Source of the DNA: Halobacteriovoraceae bacterium
Lineage (GTDB): Bacteria > Bdellovibrionota > Bacteriovoracia > Bacteriovoracales > Bacteriovoracaceae
Length of the DNA: 64,000 nt
Direction of reading: 5' to 3'
Assembly: GCA_963719505.1 (NCBI GenBank)
Contig: CAVRCF010000005.1
Coordinates: 160,001 to 224,000, forward strand
Made by a program: the position numbers and the translations under genes. Position 1 is the stretch's first letter; every line of letters begins with the position of its first letter. Below, one piece after another: positions 50,904 to 60,075 of this stretch. The notes under the pieces were generated by a model. That model searched no databases and was not told the origin of the DNA. It worked only from the letters and a program-made list of their open reading frames with translations.

Positions 50904-51299
50904 TTACTCTGACTTAAACTTTAGAGATTCGATAAGACTATTAATAGTTCTTTCGTCGTATACTGTGGCTTCATTTAAGTTTAATACTCTCTTAATTGAG
51001 TATCCTGGCTTTCTACCATGCTTATCACACATTTCAATATACACTGGGATGAGGGGCTTATTTGTTATACCAATCTTTAGATTTTCTCTAATATCAACCA
51101 AATCAAAAGATTTTACTGTTAACATCTCAAGACCATTTTCTCCTTTACAGTTTTCAATTGAAAATTCATCTTTCTGATTTTTATACAATTGAGATACCTC
51201 TTCATTCAATTCATCAATTCTTTGTTTGAGTTCTTTCTTAGTTTGAGCTTGTAAAGTAAAGCTTCCTAAAACTAACAAACCAAGTAATAATTTCTTCAT
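50904..51299 (-). CDS. Secreted hypothetical protein
   Basis: MKKLLLGLLVLGSFTLQA signal. Confidence 0.65.
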   Translation of the reverse strand: MKKLLLGLLVLGSFTLQAQTKKELKQRIDELNEEVSQLYKNQKDEFSIENCKGENGLEMLTVKSFDLVDIRENLKIGITNKPLIPVYIEMCDKHGRKPGYSIKRVLNLNEATVYDERTINSLIESLKFKSE

Positions 51300-51616
51300 A
51301 ATTTACTCCCGAGCCATCGCCCATTTAACTAATTAATGTTTTTTATTTTTCTAATACTCACATTCTCTCAGCTTTTATGATTGAGCGCATTCGACATGGA
51401 AATATCTACAGACGGTGTCAGGATAGTTGACACTTTTTCAACGAAATATAATTTCAAGTACTTAGATTCAATATAAATGATATAATAGAAATATAGCAGC
51501 TAGATTCTTACGCTGTTTCGGTAAGCTTATTATCTGATTCAAAACGACGACTAAAAAGGGAAAATAGAGGTATCAAAGAAGTCAGTAAGCAAGACAATAT
51601 CGACTCAAATGATGTC

Positions 51617-51886
51617 GTGAGCTTTATTTTTGATGTCGTTGGTTGGCAGCCAATCTTTTGTGAATCGTTTGTTAGCATTGACCTAAAGGCTGATAGTAGC
51701 TGTAGAATGAACCTCAGTCGCGTTCTTACCCCCTTAGATACCTTGGGGTTTGAAAATACAGGTATGCTCTATGTAAATGGAGATGATCAAACTGATGACT
51801 ATAAAGTCCTCTATATTATTGGAAAGAATGTTTCCGAATCTGAATTTGTTGTCACAAAACTAACGATTTGGGACGAAAGAGAGTAA
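51617..51886 (+). CDS. Hypothetical ORF, possibly a C-terminal fragment
   Basis: No clear RBS; frame open upstream into the transposon end. Confidence 0.35.
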   Translation: MSFIFDVVGWQPIFCESFVSIDLKADSSCRMNLSRVLTPLDTLGFENTGMLYVNGDDQTDDYKVLYIIGKNVSESEFVVTKLTIWDERE

Positions 51887-51939
51887 AAGAGTAGAGTTTT
51901 CATAAAAAAGCTCCGATAGTTATTCATAGGAGCTTTTAT

Positions 51940-52581
51940 ATGAAAAATATAATATCAAAATCTAGTCTTATTTTTGCAATCAGTTTATCCGCATTTTCTC
52001 AGGTCGGAAGTCCAGTGGACTTTGAAGATAGATCTTTACTCGATCTACCGGTGGGGACAGTTGTAACTCTTGATGGCAAGCACCTAAGAAAAATTCAATC
52101 TGAGTGTCCTAATAAAAACAAAGTAAAAATGCTCGTTAATGGAAGAGAAGAAGTTGAGATAGAAACAGCTGATTTACTTTTTCGTGACGGAGATGTGGAA
52201 TGTTCCGGTGGAACTGATCTTGCCCTTATCTACAATGATATTGCCGGTCGCCATATAAGTGTGAAGGGAAAAATCCAAGATAAAACACCGCTAAAATGTA
52301 CAGTTAAAGAAGTGACAGAATTTGAAGGGAGTCTTGCCGTCTATCTCGATAGTCCATGTTCTGTAGCTGTTTTCTTTAAAAGAAGTCTGCTCGACTTTAG
52401 ATCTGTTAAAGACCTATCGATCAAAAGCTTTCAGTACAATCTTGGTAAGTATATAACTTTCAACCTCGATCACACTCATAAAGCACCTTTAAATGTAAGT
52501 TCTGAGTCTGGCCAAAAAGCGGATACTTCACCAAGTTTAAGTTCATCAACAAACAGTCCAAGTCGCGCTATTTTTGAATAG
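51940..52581 (+). CDS. Secreted hypothetical protein
   Basis: AGGAG RBS; signal ending SAFS. Confidence 0.65.
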   Translation: MKNIISKSSLIFAISLSAFSQVGSPVDFEDRSLLDLPVGTVVTLDGKHLRKIQSECPNKNKVKMLVNGREEVEIETADLLFRDGDVECSGGTDLALIYNDIAGRHISVKGKIQDKTPLKCTVKEVTEFEGSLAVYLDSPCSVAVFFKRSLLDFRSVKDLSIKSFQYNLGKYITFNLDHTHKAPLNVSSESGQKADTSPSLSSSTNSPSRAIFE

Positions 52582-52590
52582 AAAAAGGCG

Positions 52591-52935
52591 CTATTTTTTA
52601 GCTTTTTCCAAGTTAATAAAAAAATCATCTGATTTAAATGAAGGTTTGTAGTAAGCGTAAATCTTACTCGTAAGACTCTTAATGGGTGCTCCAATTTGAA
52701 AGATCTATTTTTTCTCAATCTCCACTTGTACTGAGTTTGTGGGAGGAATAGCAAAACAATCTAGGTTTAAGAGAGTTTTCTTTGTTAGGTTTATATCATC
52801 AATCTCCGCAATTGTTACGGGATTAACCTTTTGGTCATGCAAAAAGGTTAGTATCTTGAAGTGGAGATCTGAATCAGATGTATAATTAATAAACTTGAAA
52901 TTTGTAAGAGCCTTTATTTTATTGGTTTTTGATAT
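52591..52935 (-). pseudogene. LysR-type regulator C-terminal remnant
   Basis: FKFINYT...VTIAEIDDINL...EKK*IFQIG...IYAYY with an internal stop and no N-terminus. Confidence 0.5.
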
Positions 52936-53018
52936 TCACTCAGGAGAGCTCATAGATCTAAATATAAACTTCGAGTCAATTCTTAAAAATATAATGGAAA
53001 TTTATCGCCTAGACTAAA

Positions 53019-53954
53019 TTAGATTTGCGCTATCAAACGATTAGCTTCATCGGTTGAGTAGTCATGACGATTCAGATGTTGGATAAGTCTATCTTTTTCA
53101 TCACCTTCATAATCTAGACTCGACTCTTGATCGGCGCATTCCTCGTAAAGAGAAAACCAGGGTTCTTTGTTAAATCTGTCCATCATTAAGTTGTAGAGTA
53201 ACTCCTGAGTCGCATCACTAAGGTCCATTGTATCGACAGTAAGTTGCTCAAAAAGGTTGAGAAGTTTAGATATCTCAATTGTGGACACAAAAGCTTTTAG
53301 GAATTTATCAGAAGATTTCGTATTGATTGACTGAAGATAGTCGGCGTAAAATATTTTTTTAAGGACACTTTGCTCAGTCTCTTGCTTTAAAATACTCAAG
53401 CCATTATCGAAATAATGCCACTGAGGGGTATCGAGATCAGTAATAGTTCTAATACACAGACTAACTGTGGGAGCACTTAAATGGACTACCCTGTGGTTAA
53501 AGCTTACTCCTCTTGGGATGATTTCACAGTCACCAGGACTTAGTATTTTTGAGTTCTCTTTGATAAGTGCGTTTAGAGCAACATCTTGAGAGAATTCATT
53601 TTTCATCTCGATTTTAAAAGTCTCGTGAAGTGACTTTCCAAAGAGAACCTTAAAAGCTCCATTAAAAGCATGACTATGCAAAGATGTATCTGCATGCATC
53701 CAAAAGTAGATATCCACCACAAAACTTTCATTATTAAAGACTGTCACGGGAGGTTGACCAAAAGCATTATAGACATTGAGTTGTCTTGGTAAGGGGTTTT
53801 TAAGAAGCCATTTTCCCAGACTGTCACTAAAGGATTCTAAATCAGTTGTGATATCAAGACTGGATAAAACCTCAAGACACTTTTGATTAAATTCGTCGGG
53901 TTTGAGGTTCTCTTTTTCTAGCGCTGGGCCAATTTCTAATATTTTTTCTAGCAT
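53019..53954 (-). CDS. Cupin-like hypothetical protein
   Basis: TSLHSHAF.GAF and FNHRVVH metal-binding pattern. Confidence 0.55.
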   Translation of the reverse strand: MLEKILEIGPALEKENLKPDEFNQKCLEVLSSLDITTDLESFSDSLGKWLLKNPLPRQLNVYNAFGQPPVTVFNNESFVVDIYFWMHADTSLHSHAFNGAFKVLFGKSLHETFKIEMKNEFSQDVALNALIKENSKILSPGDCEIIPRGVSFNHRVVHLSAPTVSLCIRTITDLDTPQWHYFDNGLSILKQETEQSVLKKIFYADYLQSINTKSSDKFLKAFVSTIEISKLLNLFEQLTVDTMDLSDATQELLYNLMMDRFNKEPWFSLYEECADQESSLDYEGDEKDRLIQHLNRHDYSTDEANRLIAQI

Positions 53955-54030
53955 TTTTTTAATTTACCACAGCTTTTGCGTGAAGATTATTTTTTTAGCC
54001 AATTATTTTTACTTCGCCTATAATGAGCGA

Positions 54031-55137
54031 ATGAAAAATATATTAGTTCTTAGTTCTCTCTTTTTTACTTTTTATTCTCACTCTCAGGATATATCCAAAG
54101 AGTTGGAGGTTATTCGATCCGAGTATTCCTTGCCCTCTCTAAGTGGTGCGACTGTTAAAAAGGGTGAGATGATTATTTCTGGAGTGACAGGTATTAGAAA
54201 GATTGGTTTCTCAAACAAAGTGGAACTGGGTGATAAGCACCATCTGGGCTCGTGCTCAAAATCAATAACGGCTTTATTGGCAGCCAAACTAATTGACTTA
54301 AAACTTTTATCTTGGAAGTCTAAATTATCTGAGCTTTTACCAGATATTCAGATGCATGAAGAGCTTAAAAATGTTGAGTTTGAGCTTCTTTTTGTTCACC
54401 GCTCAGGCTTAGTTGAGAACCTAGAGTATTTTTCAAAGGAGTGGATTGAAGAGCACCTACAAAATAAAAAGTACTCAGCTAGAGTAAGCAGATCGTTTCT
54501 GGCAAATGCGGTGTTAACTCACAAACCCAAATACCAAGCTAGGGTAGACGATAAGTATTCTAATATGGGGTACATGATAGCGGCCCATATATTAGAGAAT
54601 CTAACAAATTCAAGCTTTGAAGATCTTTTGAAAAAATATATATTTAAGCCTTTAAAGATGACTTCTTGTGGAGTTGGTTTAGCGACTAATCCAGCTCTTA
54701 AAGATCCCTTACAGCCTTGGGGACATTATCTTGATGAAGATAACCTAAAGCCCGTCCATGATGATAATCCACCAGCATATGGTCCCGCTGGGGCGATTTT
54801 TTGCTCCCTTAAAGATTGGGGTAAATACCTGAGTCTTCACATAGAGGGTTTTAATAATAGAGGCCAGTTTTTGAGTAAAGAGAATTTTGCAAAGCTATAC
54901 GAGAAATACCCAGCAAAAGATAATAATTATACTTTTGGTGGATGGAATAGGCTTGAGCGTAAATGGTCAAATGGAGATGTCCTGCAACATACGGGGACGA
55001 ATACTTTTAATTATGCAAACGTTTGGGTGGCGCCCCATATTGAAACAGCTCTCATGAGTACAATAAACGCCTACAGAGGTTTTAAAGCGACAGACTCCGC
55101 GATCGCTTTAATGATTAAAAAGCTCAAGACTCCGTGA
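54031..55137 (+). CDS. Secreted serine hydrolase, class C beta-lactamase/PBP family
   Basis: SCSK, YSN and HTG motifs; signal peptide. Confidence 0.9.
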   Translation: MKNILVLSSLFFTFYSHSQDISKELEVIRSEYSLPSLSGATVKKGEMIISGVTGIRKIGFSNKVELGDKHHLGSCSKSITALLAAKLIDLKLLSWKSKLSELLPDIQMHEELKNVEFELLFVHRSGLVENLEYFSKEWIEEHLQNKKYSARVSRSFLANAVLTHKPKYQARVDDKYSNMGYMIAAHILENLTNSSFEDLLKKYIFKPLKMTSCGVGLATNPALKDPLQPWGHYLDEDNLKPVHDDNPPAYGPAGAIFCSLKDWGKYLSLHIEGFNNRGQFLSKENFAKLYEKYPAKDNNYTFGGWNRLERKWSNGDVLQHTGTNTFNYANVWVAPHIETALMSTINAYRGFKATDSAIALMIKKLKTP

Positions 55138-55164
55138 TGTTTTTGAGAATCTTGAGCTGTTAAC

Positions 55165-55335
55165 TTATTTTTCAAGAGTCTTTTCAATTTCTGTGTGGTC
55201 GTTTTGAACAAGATGTCCATCCGCTTCAGCGCCTTTGCCAATAACGTCTTCCTTTAGGAATTCCTCTTCCTTTTGGATGGCTTTTTTAGCGGTTTCATTG
55301 TCTTTTAAATAATTTCTTTCTTTATTTTTTTCCAT
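55165..55335 (-). CDS. Small charged hypothetical protein (56 aa)
   Basis: AGGAGG RBS; MEKNKERNYLKDNE...EIEKTLEK. Confidence 0.6.
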   Translation of the reverse strand: MEKNKERNYLKDNETAKKAIQKEEEFLKEDVIGKGAEADGHLVQNDHTEIEKTLEK

Positions 55336-55533
55336 AATTCCTCCTGAGATTAATCTATCTCAATTGTTTTTCGCAAACCTTAAAGAGATATGAAAAAATG
55401 TGTAAGAAACTAGTTACATACTAATAAAGAGACTTAATATGAAGATTTTTTTACTTTTACTAGGGGCGTTGAAGCACCATAAAATAGCTTTATCTATTTT
55501 TTAAATTGTTTATAATTAAAGAGCGAGGTAACC

Positions 55534-55872
55534 ATGTTTGAAGTGCTTTATAATTTATCTAATGAAAAATTTTGTGTCGTTGAAATAAGACGTCTCGATC
55601 TAGCTGATGAGAGCGACAAGTCGAAAGTCTATTCATGGTTCCACGTAGATATTGAAAAAAAGAATATTGAAAAGTTGTCCTTTAAGTCATCGCGAGAAGA
55701 GGATGTTCAGGGCAAAATGATGAATATTAGAATCTTTGAAAATGCAGAGCTTCGATTTGATAAGATGTTTAGCCGTTTTATCTCAAACGCTCATGAGCAT
55801 ATTCTGATGAACTGCGCGGGTTCAGCCCTTCCAAAAGAAGTGAAAGAGCTGATAGAGAACTATTTAAAGTAA
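55534..55872 (+). CDS. Hypothetical protein
   Basis: GAGG RBS, 112 aa. Confidence 0.6.
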   Translation: MFEVLYNLSNEKFCVVEIRRLDLADESDKSKVYSWFHVDIEKKNIEKLSFKSSREEDVQGKMMNIRIFENAELRFDKMFSRFISNAHEHILMNCAGSALPKEVKELIENYLK

Positions 55873-56165
55873 TTTAATTTTTCGTCGCGAGAGAATGTGA
55901 GTATTTTTGTCTGTTTCTTCTCGGTACTAATATACTCTATAAAATCTTTCGATTTCGAATTGCTTACATTTCTATCGACAATGACAAAGTCATAGGGATC
56001 ATGCTCTAACTTTTGAACAAGCTTTGCTCCGTCCATATAGCTGTCGACAAATTTTATTCCAAGGTCAACTTCTTGGTCTTTAAAGAAATCTAAAATCTCA
56101 ACTCTCATTGTGGGTTTTGTGAGTACGATAAGGGCTTGCTTAAAATTTAAGTCACTTAGTTCCAT
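55860..56165 (-). CDS. Degenerate receiver-like domain protein
   Basis: PYDFVIVD motif. Confidence 0.45.
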   Translation of the reverse strand: MELSDLNFKQALIVLTKPTMRVEILDFFKDQEVDLGIKFVDSYMDGAKLVQKLEHDPYDFVIVDRNVSNSKSKDFIEYISTEKKQTKILTFSRDEKLNYFK

Positions 56166-58327
56166 GAATTCCTTTTAGTGAGAAGCTTTTTATAGCTCTC
56201 TATTAACTTTTGATGTTTGTCTAAATTATCTAGTTTGCTATTTGTTTGTTCCATTCCATAAAATTTCACATCCCCTCGAAGAGTGCTTATTGCAGTGGAG
56301 TAGAGTTTGTCGGTGAACATTCTTTTCAAGTTTTCTTCATAGTTTTTATGACTCTCTTCTTCATCTTGCTCTATATGGATAAGAGCATCTAAAAGTTGAA
56401 AGAATCTTCTTCTTTTGGGGAGATTGTCATTAAACTTACTAAGCATTTCAACGTACTCTTGGGCCTCTTCTAAGTTGCCTATAGCAAGGAGTGAGAGAGC
56501 TTTCAGTTCTCCGATATTGAGTTGTCCCCATACTGAGTTCTCATCAAAAGCGATACCAATAAGCTCGGAGATAGGCATATAATTATCGAGCTCACTCTCA
56601 TCTAGATTCGAGACAAGTGTCGCAAGCTCTTCATTTGTTAAAGAGTGTATATTTAAAATTCGTTCTCTGTAATTTAGGGCTTGATTATTATTATTCCAAA
56701 TTAAATCCTCAATAGGATAAATTTCAGAAAATCCTGGAACTAAGATTCTACAACCTTTTGCCCCTAAGTCTTCATAATCTGCTATATAGGCTTCTAACTC
56801 CAACTCTTCTAACATGTTGAAAAGATAGTCGTGTTCGACTTGTGTCGATCCTTCTATATTCCAGTCGACAAATTTGTAGTCAGGACTATTGCTAAAGAAT
56901 CTCCACGATATAACGCCTGTGGAATCAATAAAGTGATCAATAATATTATTTTGTTCACTGATGGCAAAACTAGAAAACGTCGGAGGAAGAATATCATTCA
57001 TGCCTTCAAAACTTCTTCCCTGCAATAGTTCTGTAAGACTCCTTTCAAGAGCCACTTCAAACTTTGGATGAGAACCAAATGAGGCAAAGACGCCGCCATT
57101 TTTTGGGTTCATAAGGGTGACACAAAGAACAGGGAATTGACCACCCAAAGAAGCATCCTTGACCACAATGGGGAATCCCTTGCTTTCAAGTTCTTTGATA
57201 CCTTCTTCTATCTTTGGAAATCTTGCGATGACGTCCTTTGGAACATCTGGGAGAGTGATCTCTTCAGTAATAATCTTGTTTTTGATAGCTCTTTCATAAA
57301 TCTCAGAGAGCGCTTGTACACGTGCTTCAGTGATAGTATTTCCAGCACTCATACCGTTGCTAACGAAAAGATTACCAATAAGATTAACTGGGATAAAGCT
57401 CACTTTTTTATCCGAAAAACGGGTAAAAGGAATGGCACATATTCCTCTTTCACTATTTCCTGAGTTTGTATCAATAAGATGCGAGAGTTGAAGTTCACCA
57501 TCTTGAGCGTAGGTTTCTAAAAGGTATCCATCCATTAATTCGGGATGAAAGTCTTCTGAAACTGGAAACCATCTTTCATCTTTGTAATGGACAAAGGGTG
57601 AGTTTGAGATTTCTTCCCCTAGATAAAAGTCGTTATAGAAGTAATTATTACTTATTCTTTCTAGGTATTCTCCAAGTGCCGAACAAAGAGCTGCATCTTT
57701 CGTTGCCCCTTTTCCATTTGTGTAACACATAGGACTGTGGGCGTCTCTAACATGAACGGACCAAACATGGGGGACAAGGTTTCGCCAAGAGGCAATCTCT
57801 ATTGTGATTCCTAGATCTTCAATGATTGATGTCATGGTTTTTATTGTCTGTTCTAAAGGGAGATCTTTGCCAAGAATATGTGTTTTTGAGTCCTTTGTTT
57901 CAGACTCATAGATAACTCCTCCAGAAGGTTTTGAAGCGGTTATGGCATCAATTTTAAATTCTGGTGAGTTTTGAATCACTCTTTTAACGGAGCATCTCTC
58001 CATTGCGGCAATGATTCCTTTTTGATCTTTATCAGATATTGTGTCTGGGAGTTGTAATTGGATATGAATCGTTTGTTTGTACCTATTTTCAGGATCAACA
58101 ATATTGTTTTGTGTCAGGGTAATATCATTTGTAGAGATATCGCGGGCTTTGCAGTAGACCTTAACGAAGTAGGCCGCACACATGGCCGAGGATGCTAGAA
58201 AGTAGTCAAAGGGACCAGGCGCTGTAGCGTCACCTTTATAGCGAACAGGCTGATCAGAGACAATATTGTAATCATCAAAATTAGCTTGAAGCCTTAAATT
58301 TTCTAAATACTCTACGTTAACTTGCAT
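56156..58327 (-). CDS. OsmC domain / YcaO domain fusion protein
   Basis: PGPFDYFLASSAMC...ERCSVKR (OsmC); TNGKG, SALGEYLER, SNGMSAGN and ERSLTELLQGR (YcaO). Confidence 0.92.
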   Translation of the reverse strand: MQVNVEYLENLRLQANFDDYNIVSDQPVRYKGDATAPGPFDYFLASSAMCAAYFVKVYCKARDISTNDITLTQNNIVDPENRYKQTIHIQLQLPDTISDKDQKGIIAAMERCSVKRVIQNSPEFKIDAITASKPSGGVIYESETKDSKTHILGKDLPLEQTIKTMTSIIEDLGITIEIASWRNLVPHVWSVHVRDAHSPMCYTNGKGATKDAALCSALGEYLERISNNYFYNDFYLGEEISNSPFVHYKDERWFPVSEDFHPELMDGYLLETYAQDGELQLSHLIDTNSGNSERGICAIPFTRFSDKKVSFIPVNLIGNLFVSNGMSAGNTITEARVQALSEIYERAIKNKIITEEITLPDVPKDVIARFPKIEEGIKELESKGFPIVVKDASLGGQFPVLCVTLMNPKNGGVFASFGSHPKFEVALERSLTELLQGRSFEGMNDILPPTFSSFAISEQNNIIDHFIDSTGVISWRFFSNSPDYKFVDWNIEGSTQVEHDYLFNMLEELELEAYIADYEDLGAKGCRILVPGFSEIYPIEDLIWNNNNQALNYRERILNIHSLTNEELATLVSNLDESELDNYMPISELIGIAFDENSVWGQLNIGELKALSLLAIGNLEEAQEYVEMLSKFNDNLPKRRRFFQLLDALIHIEQDEEESHKNYEENLKRMFTDKLYSTAISTLRGDVKFYGMEQTNSKLDNLDKHQKLIESYKKLLTKRNSWN

Positions 58328-58330
58328 TTA

Positions 58331-58681
58331 TTACCTTGCTGAGCAGTTCATATAACGAGTGAAGTAGAAACCTTCGAACATCGCCTCAATATGACCTTTT
58401 ATTTTATCTGGTCTGTTTTGGACATCAGCGTTTTTAAAAGACAAGACTGTGGGCTCTGTTTGGCCGTAGAAAAAGAATGACGTGACCTTTTGACCACGCT
58501 CAATACTACCAGCATAAGCCTGAGTGATAAGGTCATATCTGCTTATATCTCGTACCCAAATATGAGTTGATCTATCTGTATGAAGATCGAGTTCAATTCG
58601 ATAACCATTTGTTTCACAAACATAGTCTTTGGCCATGGCAAAATTTGAAAGAACAAGTGAGAGAAGGATAATGACTTTCAT
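58331..58681 (-). CDS. Secreted hypothetical protein
   Basis: Signal peptide; paired Cys. Confidence 0.6.
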   Translation of the reverse strand: MKVIILLSLVLSNFAMAKDYVCETNGYRIELDLHTDRSTHIWVRDISRYDLITQAYAGSIERGQKVTSFFFYGQTEPTVLSFKNADVQNRPDKIKGHIEAMFEGFYFTRYMNCSAR

Positions 58682-59596
58682 TTAATTTCCTTTGTTTAAA
58701 AATTGTTTAAAGTTTTCTTTAAGTGTTGGACAGTTAAAAATATTTTTATGATTGATACGGACAAAAGGAATATGTTCTTCTTTTGAGATACAATTGACTG
58801 AAAGATTAAGGTTGATGTCTGCTGAGGGAATTGAATTTCCTCTCACTTTTGCAACGCCTAGACTTCCGTCATCACTTTTTTGATAGTGATTAATAAAAAG
58901 CTCAGTGTTTTGAAGTTTCTTATAAAACCTAGAGTTAGACATCGTCAAAATATTTCGAAGAGCACCAAAGGCGAGAAACCCTTTTCTTACGGGATCAAAA
59001 AAGATAACAGCTTTTATAGGCTCATTTCTAGCATTGAGAGATCTTATAAATCTATGTGCGCCATTAGATCCCCAGCTTGTTGCGATAACTTTTATGTTTT
59101 TACCAATGAGGTCTTTATGACATTGAAGTGCAGCTTTTAAGTCAGAATTTGAAAAGTAAAAATATTCTCGATCTTTATCAAAAGCTTTCTGCTCTCGCAA
59201 AAAACGAAGGGTAGAGGAGTTGGATTTTTTTAGCTCAAATAGGGATAGGGCATAGGAATCAAAAAACCTTTTAAAGCTTTCATCAGGATATATCACTTTG
59301 TCTTCGCGGCTAACAATATTGAAAAATCTTGGAGAGTAGACTCCGCCGCCTTCAAAAACAAAAATAACATCTTTTGTTTGAGGGGAAACTTTATTTGAAC
59401 AATTTAGTTGGGTTGTCTCATAGGATAGTTTCTCAAGCATTGAGCTAAAATCGCACAATTTTTTGGATTCCTCTGATAGAGAATCGCAGTTCGCATGTGC
59501 GCCTAATGCGAATAAAAAGATAAAGAAGTAGATTTTCATTGTGTGGATATAGCTTATGGAGAGGCATAAACCTAGTATAGTGTTGATTTTATACAC
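58682..59596 (-). CDS. Secreted alpha/beta-hydrolase-like protein
   Basis: ATSWGS nucleophile elbow, FFDPV and late His; likely start MKIYFF. Confidence 0.5.
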   Translation of the reverse strand: MYKINTILGLCLSISYIHTMKIYFFIFLFALGAHANCDSLSEESKKLCDFSSMLEKLSYETTQLNCSNKVSPQTKDVIFVFEGGGVYSPRFFNIVSREDKVIYPDESFKRFFDSYALSLFELKKSNSSTLRFLREQKAFDKDREYFYFSNSDLKAALQCHKDLIGKNIKVIATSWGSNGAHRFIRSLNARNEPIKAVIFFDPVRKGFLAFGALRNILTMSNSRFYKKLQNTELFINHYQKSDDGSLGVAKVRGNSIPSADINLNLSVNCISKEEHIPFVRINHKNIFNCPTLKENFKQFLNKGN

Positions 59597-59633
59597 TTCA
59601 CGCGAAACATCTTTATGTGATTTTAGATAGTTA

Positions 59634-59672
59634 TACTTTGGGCTTGGTCATTTCTAGGTCAGGCCCAAAGTA
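59634..59672. terminator. Hairpin terminator
   Basis: ACTTTGGGC...GCCCAAAGT. Confidence 0.6.
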
Positions 59673-59695
59673 TTATCTTTTAGAAAACTATTTTC

Positions 59696-59968
59696 TTAGT
59701 GGCGAGTTTCTTCTCGGACAGCGTCTATGAGTTCATCCTTATTCATATAACTTCGCCCTTCTATTTCAAGTTCTCGGGCCATATTATACATCTGTTCTTT
59801 TGTTCTATATTCATAATGACTATGAGGCACACCAGTGTCTAAATCGGGCTCTTGTTGTAAAGGCTCAAGACTTTCACTTTCTTCATGAGAAACTAGCGGA
59901 TGCCCAATAATTTGTGCATAAACTTCTTTAAATTTCTTAGCGTTAGCATTTGTCATTCCAGTAATCAT
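59696..59968 (-). CDS. Rho N-terminal-like domain protein
   Basis: TKEQMYNMARELEIEGRSYMNKDELIDA. Confidence 0.75.
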   Translation of the reverse strand: MITGMTNANAKKFKEVYAQIIGHPLVSHEESESLEPLQQEPDLDTGVPHSHYEYRTKEQMYNMARELEIEGRSYMNKDELIDAVREETRH

Positions 59969-60075
59969 AATAGCTCCTTGTTGCTTTATTCTTGTTAAAA
60001 TCTTATTTCTTTGGACGGTAATATAATTCCTGTGTTTAACTAAATATTATGTAGATTTCTTTACTTGATTTGAAC

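Larger units (their letters stand above)
47617..51546 (+). mobile_element. Decayed transposon with passenger genes
   Basis: Imperfect IRs CGTTGAATCAGAAAGATCTTACCGAAA (47617-43) and TTTCGGTAAGCTTATTATCTGATTCAAAACG (51516-46); transposase next to the left IR. Confidence 0.6.

Noticed and set aside
47426-51576. ATCAA as target duplication of the cargo transposon
   Set aside because: Joining there does not restore the 51617 frame and does not give matching termini.
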